A stretch of 20,000 nt of DNA, from the NCBI GenBank assembly GCA_000934665.2, contig KZ537973.1, forward strand, positions 170,995 through 190,994. Reading direction: 5' to 3'. The stretch comes from Catajapyx aquilonaris. Its lineage: Eukaryota. A program made the translations under genes and the position numbers. This document shows positions 10,628-20,000 of this stretch, piece after piece (within the stretch, counting starts at the first letter, position 1; each line of letters starts with the position of its first letter). The notes beneath the pieces are model-generated. The model did no database searches. It had not been told where the DNA came from and worked only from the letters and a program-made list of their open reading frames with translations.

Positions 10628-12833
10628 CGTCATTACATTGGCCGACCTTGAATTCTACTCACGGATTTCCTTCCTTCCGTTACTCCCACCCAAATTGAAG
10701 CAAAGCAGCTTAACTTGATGGAATTCGGGCATAAAGAAGGAGCCATCCGAGGCATGAGACAGGCAATAAGACGGTATGGGATTGGAGAATCCGCATGCAG
10801 TCTCCCCAAATCCTGGCCTGGGTCCAGCACAGGCAAGTTAGCTGCGTAGACACGGCCTCAAACCAATATACATTGGGTTGAAGTAGGGCTAAAGAGACCT
10901 GTTGCCCGCCACTGCCTTCCATCTAACCAGGGGCATACATCTTCAAACCGGCGCCGTTTGCCAAACCTTGACCTGTTTCCGTTTCTTATTGGCGCAGTTT
11001 CAGACTTTCAAAAAAACTTTGTCCAAATATATTCATCCTGATATCCGGCAACACTTCACGCTGATCCAAATAACTAATAAACAAGCTCGTTTCATAATAA
11101 TCTGACCTATCGTGCACCAGTCTATCTGAAACTATTTTTTTTTGACACAGAACATACCTCAAATCTGCCAAATCTGCTTTACATCGCACGATTCGTCACT
11201 TCTGACAGGTGTAAGCTTATCGGCATTGTTGGAAGCAAATTTCGCTAGAGCGAGTTTCAAAACTCGGTGGGAAAAATATCGAACGTGTTGTACAACCCCA
11301 GGTTTTTGCAAAAAAAAAAAATGGTAGTAGCCTACACTTGCACTTTTTTTGGACGTCCCACATGAATAACTGTTGATGCTGGTTTGAGGGGCACTGCACG
11401 GTCCTTTTGACACCGGGGCGGGGAACAAAAGCATTCCGGCCTATTCAGAGTTGAAGGGGTTAACTTTTTTTTATTAATGCCCTGTAATGATGCCATTAAC
11501 ATGCGGCGATGAAGTGAGATTGAAGTGCGTTTATTACGAGGGGGGGGGGGAATTCGCCGGATGGAAGGGAGTATACACCTGGATTACGAGGATTACGCGA
11601 ATTGTGTGGGATCATGAAGTATTTCCCCTGTGATATGTACAGGATTTCCAAAATAGTGAAGTCTCAGGGAACGTAAATTTTGGCTGTATTTTATATTAAT
11701 CAATGTAGGTTGTAATAATCCTGCGTACAGTACAGAACATAAGGGAATTGATTCCGGATCGGATGTGGCAGTAATTCTGGTCGGATTTTCAGGGATTCCT
11801 GAGATTTTTTTAAAGAATTTCCCAAATTTCTGGCGATTTATTGGGATGACTTAGTGATTCCCATTTGATTTTCACTTTTTGAGGGATTCGTCTCTGATAA
11901 CCCTTCAATTAGGATATCCTTTTACATTGTCCTTAAATTCCGGTTTTGATGGATGCCTGTGCCATGAGCAGAACGTGTAGGCTAATCACAGCGAGTGTTA
12001 TTATCAGTCTGCTAATTGTAAAATATACTGTAGGCCAGTCCATGATAGTGCTCAGTACAAATCCATCTACATTATGCAAATCAGCACACCTGTTTTTTTT
12101 AGTTGCTGTTTACTCTTGTACGTATCTATGCGCCAACTTTTTGCTGACGACGGGCGACGGTGCACCAAGAGTTTCCCCCTCTGGGTTTATTACGGGGTAT
12201 GCTAACTGACATGACTAATTAAATATTTAAATGCAGCCTGGAGGGTAAGAACTCAACTAGTCCCTCGTCCTTTTGCTCTTAATGAACAAAGGGCACCAAA
12301 TTTGTCCTCCTCCAAAACCCCATCCATTCCTTTAATCCGATTGGTTTTTTTTGTCATCCCAGCAAAAAAAAATTGTCACTCGATGATAAGTGTAGGATGT
12401 GCAGCAAGACAAAAATAAATTGGACAGGGTCTGTCGTCGGGAGATTCCTCTCGTGAGGGGATAAGATTATCGGTCGCGCGATGTGTTTGCGGATAGGCTT
12501 TGTCACGCCCCCAGAGTTGATAACTGTGCGACAAGCTGCGTCAAGATGTCGCCTTTTATACGCGTTTAATTAGATGCTGCGCTTCAAAGCTGGAGATGAG
12601 GTTGGTGTTAAGGCCGTGTCCTTAGCAACTTTGCGTCCCTGATAATTTTTCTGCGCAAAAAAAAAGAAGTTTGATCTCATTATCTGAAGAGAACTAGATA
12701 GTAACACCGGATGAAATTTTGTGCCGGGTAATTGTCAATTAAGAGGCGAATTGGAGAGGAGGGTGGGATGATTATGTCAAAGAAGTTTCCTTTATGACTA
12801 TACCTTGCTTCTTAACTCTTTTATTGAGAGATG

Positions 12834-12961
12834 TTAACGCACAGAAAGGCTCATTTGCGCAGAATAGCCGCGTGGACGGCTCCTGCGCAGATAAGCTGCG
12901 CAAATGCTTCATGCGCAGTCAGTCTGCGCATCATGCACCACGAAAGGCCTTTCTGCATTAA
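12834..12961. repeat. TTAA-flanked inverted-repeat element containing five TGCGCA palindromes (MITE-like)
   Basis: CAGAAAGGC near the left end and GCCTTTCTG near the right end; TTAA at 12834 and 12958; TGCGCA at 12856, 12884, 12897, 12912 and 12925. Confidence 0.6.
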
Positions 12962-14310
12962 AATGTTGTTTTTGATTTGTACAATGCCGAGTATAAACCA
13001 GTTCAGTTAGAAATTTAATGGATGACGCCACTTGACCCACAAATCACCGAACAATATCGGCCCAAGTGTCCACTCATTTAATTTGAACGCCACTTAGCAT
13101 GCCACGCGCCATAACTCGTGTAACGGCCCGAAATTACACCTGCCCCGTGTTGTGTTTACCTATATGATTGTAATCTCACGCGCAATTAATGCAAGGCCTC
13201 GACTCCAAATATTTACATTCCACGCTGGGAATAATTATTCGCGCAGCCCAAATTGCTCACATAACAACAGTTTGTGTAATCTCGGGTTGGCGCCTAAAGT
13301 TTCTTAAGAGTTTTTTTACTACAGGTTTTTCTGGGTTGGTGAGAAATGAAGCTTTGGAGGCGGTTTGGCGAGCAATTGAGAGTTAATTCGGCGTCTGCCA
13401 ACACAAACCTCACAGCACTCTAAAGGGACTCAAAACCCTGAGCTTTCAAGTGTCGTTTTCCGCCTTATAAGGCTTGCTTTTAGATGAAGGTCGGTGCTGG
13501 GTTTCTTAATTAGTGTGGGTGGGGTTGTGGGTCGGTGAGGAATTTTTGGAGACAATGATGACTCGTATTTGTTGAAGGATCATTAACTCATTTTTTAAAA
13601 AGTTGAACCAAATTTGTTAAACTACATGCTCTACTAGATTACAGTACATAATTATGTGCTCAGGTGAACCCCCAGACTAAAGGAGAGCTTGCTTCGGGGT
13701 AATTGCCAATAAGGTCACGTTAATTTTACGTCAAAAAATTAACAGGACGCATTCCCGTTGGTCCAAACTTGGCACTTACGGAAACCCTTGTAGGATAAAA
13801 AAAACCTAAATTCAATTAAACTACTTAACCCGGGGGCAAACCAGCGGCTGCCGACATTTCCATATCCAAGTGAGGGGGGTATGCGACAGATGGAGAATTT
13901 CCCATCTCGGTGAGCAATTTTATCCCGCTGCCATCAATAACTTTCCTCCCATCCGCCTCCCCACTTTTTGCACCCCATATAACCAGGGTTGCATAATATG
14001 CACGGTTTACTCATAACCAGAGGTGAATATGACTGAAGAGATGCTCAGAAAAGGGGGAAAAAGGTTGTCCCGTCGTCCCTTCACATTAGAGGACTAATCA
14101 TTATGACAGGAAAAGGCATTTGGTGTAATTAGGAGTCGCAGCCATTTGCAATTAGTATGGGGTGGGAGGGAGGTTATTAGCACATCACATTTAAATGCTG
14201 CATTTTGGGCTTGCGGCAATTACTGCTTGAAAAATGGCAGGTTTTGTACAATTGGCAACTCTTGCCATTATGTAAGAACTCTTACATTCTTTGAATGTAA
14301 CTAGCTCCAG

Positions 14311-14480
14311 ATTGCACCGGAAATGTGAGCGGATGTTACTGCTCAACCAATGATGGGAGTTGGCGTGGCCGAGCCAATAACACATATTTACATTTATAGT
14401 ACAAACGTTATATTTTATGCTTATGCAACCATTTCATGATTGGTTATAGTGGTTGCTTCCGTCTACATTTCCGGTTCAAT
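14311..14480. repeat. Diverged fold-back inverted repeat
   Basis: ACCGGAAATGT (14316-14326) / ACATTTCCGGT (14465-14475) and AACCAATGATG (14345-14355) / CATGATTGGTT (14435-14445) share nearly the same symmetry axis. Confidence 0.6.
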
Positions 14481-16629
14481 TGCGGAATAAATGTCCCATA
14501 CACTATAACCGGAAAACATCAATATTTGCTGAATCAGCTGTACATTTTAGCAATTTCGATATGATGAATGGCGTCGTTTGCAGATTTATTAGACCATTTG
14601 GCAACGCCTTTGTGTACAGGATGATAAATGCAAGCGTTATAAAATGCAGGGAAAACAATAGCGAAATCTGCAAGGATTTTGGCTATTTATAGAAACGGCT
14701 TTTTCTACTGTAGTTGTATCAACTCAAATTAAGGAGACAATTTTCGATTACTGGTATGTATGGTGAAAATCTTTCCCTCTTTTGGAATATGGACGATCAG
14801 TGCTGAGTCGACTTGTCTAAAAGTCAGTCTCGCCACGTCTTGATCATACAGCAATTTCTTTTTGTGCAAAAAAACGTGTGATTTATGATCGCCAACTCTG
14901 CAAAATCAGCTTGCTCAGTACTTCCCTACAATGAAATTACGTGCTATACTGCAGTCCACCATACATTTTTTTGGCCATAAAAAACCGGGCCATATATTCA
15001 GTCCAACCTCCCGTTACGTCCGGCGCACTTCAAAACTACTGCATTAGAAAATAGCATCGAAACACTGCTAACCCAGTTATTTTTTTGTGTGTGTTCCTAT
15101 TGGCCTACAAAATTGCAGGGGGCCAATAAGAATCGAGCAGATTATTTTTCAGGCGTTTATACTCGCCCGATATACATTAGAGCAACAAAACAGGAGGCCT
15201 TACCCTTCAATTAGGGTATCCCAATTTACCCACGGATGACTGAGTAGTGTACAGCGCAGAAATTGAGGGGCGTTGCAGGCACTCATTATAATCCTATAGC
15301 CGCACACTAGAGATTTTCGTTCCAATTGGCCGCCATTGATTCACGTGAACAACCGAATCAAAGTGGGGTCCGGCCCCGAAATGAGCACTGCATTGCTTAT
15401 CAGCCCGGTTCATTAGGCGCTATAATTGCCCATGCACTCGTTACTGGAATAAATAGTGACCGGATAGCGAATAAATTCATGGCACTCTGAGCCTACCGAG
15501 TTGACCAATCAATTTGATAGGTACACGCCAAGTAGCATTTATATACAATAAAAGTACTGTTATTGGTCGCGGCTATATTCGGTAGCAGTTATTTGAGGCT
15601 AGGTTAGGTTATTTTGGGAAATAAAGGCAGCCAATAGCTTGATAATGAGGAGGTAATTGAAATGGTTTTTGGAGGGTGGGAGGATATCCATGAGAGAAAT
15701 CTGGAGAAATTCATTTTCAGCATTTGGTGACTGACTGTTACAACAATTGAGATGCCATCACTATCCGGTATCAATTTTTGCATCTGATGTCTCATATTAT
15801 CTGGCTTAGGACAGTCAGCCACTATGGGCCACAACAGCTTCTCCGGGAGCTGCTACTGAGTATTTGTTATCTTGCTATTTAAGTTCAGGTATGTTTTTCG
15901 CTTAACCATCCTGGTTGGGGGCTGTACATTCTGGAGTGCTCTGGCACATCGTGACTGACACACTTGAGCAGTGTAATTCAAAGCGTAATGCACTCGGTGC
16001 GGGCGCCCTTTTGAAACTCGAGTTCTGCCATATAGGACCCCCAAAAAATGCTTTAAAAAAATGAGAAGTCCTGATCCCCGCATGACTGAGCAGTGTGCGT
16101 GGGGTGTGCGTGTCCATAAGTGTAGGAGAGTGTAGCCTACTGTTGTCCACCCCCACACCGTCCACCCACCGTCTCCCGCCCTCCACAAAGGCTTTTTCGT
16201 ATACAGATCCCCAATTTGACCCTCTCTGATGTTACATGACTCATGCAAGCAATGGGCATATAGGCCTGTCTCCATCCATATCCGAGATTTCACAACAATT
16301 GGGCTCCTCAACTATGTGGAAATAACAACAGAAGCACAAAATGCATCCTTTAAAAAATCTAGCTGAAAATTTTCCCCCCAAGGTCTATCGGCCTGTTACG
16401 TGCCTGCAAAGGTCACTCTGCTGACCTGTCTTGCTCTTTTTACAAGCTACTGGCCCATATGGATACCATAATCATCGTAAGTAATTGAAAAAAACCCAGT
16501 TTCCTGTCCCTGCAGCCAGAGCAGAATTTCTTGGCGGTTTTGGGGTTTGTCCAAGAAAGGGAAGAAACAACTCCCAGATTTTACAGACCGCACAGAACTG
16601 GTTCGAGTCTGTGCCTCTGTGTGTCCTGG

Positions 16630-16943
16630 GTGAGTCATCATATCCGCTCAACCACACTGTAAACCGCAAACCATTAAAAGATCATCACTACTGAGTTTCT
16701 CATGGAGCATCGACTTATAATGTTCTTTAATGCTCTTGTAATGCTTTGATGATGCTTTTTTTAATGCTTTGCGGCGCTTTGAGGTTTACAGTGTAGTGCA
16801 TGTAGTACCACTACCACTCGCCAGACCCTGAGAGTGACAGTAGTGTGCAGAGAGTGAGGATGCGCCATCTTTGTGAGAGATATGATATTACGTGGACAGT
16901 CGGGGGCCCGTTTTACAAGTTTGGTAAGAGCCTCACTACATAG
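16630..16943 (+). mobile_element. Helitron-like repeat, copy 3, interrupted by a MITE
   Basis: GTGAGTCATCA at 16630; GTGCATGTAGTACC resumes at 16796. Shares TGGACAGTCGGGG, CCATCT and the ATAG|T end with copy 1. Confidence 0.62.
16655..16793. mobile_element. CACTG-terminated MITE (CMC/EnSpm-like non-autonomous element)
   Basis: Perfect 11-bp TIR CACTGTAAACC / GGTTTACAGTG that extends imperfectly inward; internal tandem TAATGCT(TT) units; flanks CA and TA (possibly a decayed 2-bp TSD). Confidence 0.7.
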
Positions 16944-19008
16944 TCACTGTTCGTGCTAAGTCATTATTGTGATAATTAATGACAACATTATCTCCTCTAC
17001 TGCTCAGTCGTGAGAGCAGCGACTATTAGTGACAAGTTTACCTTTTACATTTTAAGTTCAAAGGTCACAACCACTGTCCGGTTTCAAGTCTATAGCAAAA
17101 AGAGCCGCAAATTCCAGGAAGTCTTACACTGCTAGGTTGCGTGGAATGGTGTAAAACCGGCCTTAATATCACTTAAGCCTGGATTTACAGCGATGTCAAC
17201 CTGGAGGGCTAACGTGGTTTAAACAGGATTTAAGTCATTTTGAGTATTACAATCTGGATTCATGGGGACTGTCCACTTTCTTGATTTATTTTTTAAAGTC
17301 CAAAAGGCGCCAAGAAATTCTGCATGGCCTGTGCTTAGTGCTGAGCAAAATAGAGGCTTTTATATACAGGTGGGTCGAAAGCAATTGGGCGCAGACTGGT
17401 GCTCACGTGACCTCCTCACCCACCCCAAACCCCAGTCTCGCTAATTATGACTTTTTTCCGTCCAGTTTCGTGCGGGTCGGTCGAGGGTTTTGAGCTCTTT
17501 TTCGGGAACGGTGTTTATGGACGAAAGTGCGTGCTTTTTGGGTCGGCCATGCATCCGTTCTCATCGCATCAGGTTGGGTTACTGCTGCTTCTTGTGTAGT
17601 GTGTGTGCTTGCATACCCCCCTTTGAGTCCATCTCCAACCATGTTTGTAACCGGATTCATTTTTTGGGGTGCGAAACTTGCGGAAAGTTGGAATTTACTC
17701 ACATGCACACTTATCGTTTTCCTGGGAAGGGGGAAAAAACGTTTGGAAGGGTAAAATCATGACAAGAAAAAATTGTCGCAATGCGGAATCGGTGTTTGGC
17801 GTGAAAAAGTGGACCCCCCCCCCTTCCTTTGCCCCCCTTTCCCCCTCCATCCATCCATTCTCCTTATGGCTGCTTCCGGTCATTGCTGTAATCACTTCAG
17901 TTCAATCTGGCCTCACGCACATGTAATATACGCTGACCACTGATCACGATAATTATTTTTGCGCGCGCACACGTGCCACGCCCGTTACTCGGCTTACAGT
18001 GACGTTTATATGCAATATTTAATTCAGTTGTTAGGAAGAAGTGTGCAAGTGGTACGAATAGCAAACTGATTTTTACCGCACTTGCTATTTGGTAACACGA
18101 CACCTCACATTTAAGTCGGCTTGATTACGTCATCGAATAATTGCATGGCTCTCTGCATTAACCATAAGTGCACATACCTGGTTATTGCAGAGAACACGTC
18201 AATTAGGGTGTCCTTTTTTATGTGCCAAGGTTGCCATAAATGCATCATACATTTTATTTATATAATAATTAGTTTGTGTAAATTTTTGCAGTTATTTAGT
18301 TTTATAAGTGTGAGATTGGTGCACAACAGCGCTTGTAATTTTAAGCGCGGCCATTTGCTATTATTAGCTCACATATTGCCTCCATGATGATGTTCCCACA
18401 CGATTAGCTTATATGCTACCGTTTTTATGTCGGTTTTAAAAATATCCGAGCCATCTTTTTTATTAGCATAATAGCAATGTTTGGCGATCGTACTAACAAC
18501 GCACTTTAATGAAGTTTATAATTGGGCAATGAAAAAAAGTAGTGCTTATACGCTTTCAGATTAAAATTGACGAAGTTTTAAACCCTGTGTCGAGCTAGCT
18601 CAAATTTTTGAACCAAAATTGTAATATACACCCATATTATCATTCTGTGTTTTTTTTGAAACGTGCGACTTAACCGTAAGTTGTTCCAGGAAAATGTTGC
18701 GATAAAGCTACTGCTGAGAAACTATGCTGAAAGTGGTGTAAAGAGCCAGGAGGTTTCGCGAACTTTTGGCGATGTTGTTTTCGGGGCCCAGATTCACCTC
18801 AGCTCTTCCACCATTTGCTGCTTACATAAACAACTTTTATTAGAACAGGTTTCACAGGGTAACAGCTTCCTCTTCGTCTCTCACTCCCTCTCTCGGGGGT
18901 TGCCTTTCCGGGGATATATTTTTTAGCACCTTTTATGAGAGTTATTTATATCCACCCCGGACGGCTCTTAAGGGGATTCAGAAGTTAAGTTCATTCTGTA
19001 GCCATATA

Positions 19009-19412
19009 CAGGGTGTTCCAACACGAGTAGTCAGCGAGATCTCTAAGCAGTTAATTTTATTGGTCATCAAACATATTAGCCGCAGTCATTACCTGCATTG
19101 AATATTGCTGCACTGCACTGCAGAGAAATGTAGCTTTTTTTTAAAAAAAAAAATGGGGCAAACGTTTGACATATCATGCGAACCATTTAGTGTGGATCAC
19201 AATGGTTAAAAATACAAAATTAATAGCAATTTGTGGTTGACGTTTTTAAGCAATTAGTTTCTGATAGCCCATTAAATTAACTCATTAAGTGTGGCACATA
19301 AAAATCTTCGCCTGAGACTGTATTTGCTTTTCCTGTTACTGGCAGAGAATATTGCCTCCACATTCTCAAAAGAACTGCTTATTTCACTGCTCAATGCACC
19401 TGGCTCACCCTG
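19009..19412. mobile_element. Tc1/mariner-type MITE
   Basis: TA|CAGGGTG ... CACCCTG|TA, with further colinear inverted matches (CCA, CAG.GA.A, TAAGCAGTT) in both ends; no ORF. Confidence 0.7.
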
Positions 19413-20000
19413 TACATGAAGAAGCCAGAGAGCATTGAAATCCAACGTTACTGTTAGACTACGCTTTTGAGTGATGGATTATGTTGGTATAACACTGCCC
19501 TGGCCGGTGGCTTTTGTTGAGCGCATTGTGTGGAATACAATCATGCACGCGTTATTAAAGTGCAGTGAACAGCAGGGGGAGTTTAAACCAGTTTAATATG
19601 GGCTCTGTGGCGACACAATTACGATGGATTACAGTGCAAGTTACTTTATTAGGTTGGGAGAACTATGGAAATGTGGCAGCAGATGCTGGGAGTGACGTCA
19701 GGTGCGCAAAAAACCGCTGCGCGTAGACACCTTTTCGTGCTGGGATCAGGTTTGATTCGGACTGTAGATATGACCTTTCCTCATTGATTTTATCCCCTTT
19801 TTTGGGATAAACTCCTGTCCAGTTGTTAACTGACATCGAAATGTTGGGCAATGTTACAAATTGGGTTGGACTCTTCCGGGTGTATAAATGTATAAATTGA
19901 TTTCCGGGCTGGCGAACCCCGGGATCTGGGTAAATATTTAATGAGCTCCACGCACGTCCAGGATGCAAATTTCACTCCGGGTCATCCAGGTGGTCACGAC

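Noticed and set aside
11450..11463. GAAGGGGTTAA piggyBac-like right end
   Set aside because: No convincing matching left TIR was found; 9900-11460 may be decayed transposon sequence but I cannot delimit it.
15853..16311. 152-aa minus-strand ORF
   Set aside because: Non-ATG start, no domain-like features and no supporting splice structure.
17074..17165. GTCCGGTTTCA / TAAAACCGGCC possible Harbinger-type TIRs
   Set aside because: Match is short and imperfect with no clear TWA duplication on the left.

Overview
Eukaryotic (animal, probably arthropod-like; inferred, not established) genomic DNA that is mostly non-coding. The one well-supported gene is on the minus strand and has three coding exons, join(complement(5348..5821, 5159..5289, 3791..4787)). 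Its two GT-AG introns (58 and 371 nt) are phase-compatible and give a ~533-aa protein of cysteine-containing (RNI/FBXL-like) leucine-rich repeats. The N-terminus resembles a BC-box followed by a Cul2-box, so it is a candidate PRAME/ZYG-11-like CRL2 substrate receptor. The rest of the window holds small non-autonomous DNA elements: three copies of a Helitron-like repeat carrying AP-1-type motifs, a CACTG-ended MITE nested in one of them, a TA-flanked CAGGGTG Tc1/mariner-type MITE, several fold-back palindromes whose arms differ almost only by transitions, a TGCGCA-rich multi-hairpin element and an (ATT)25 microsatellite. I recognised no rRNA, tRNA, CRISPR array or transposase ORF, and I cannot support a claim of a wholly new biological system.
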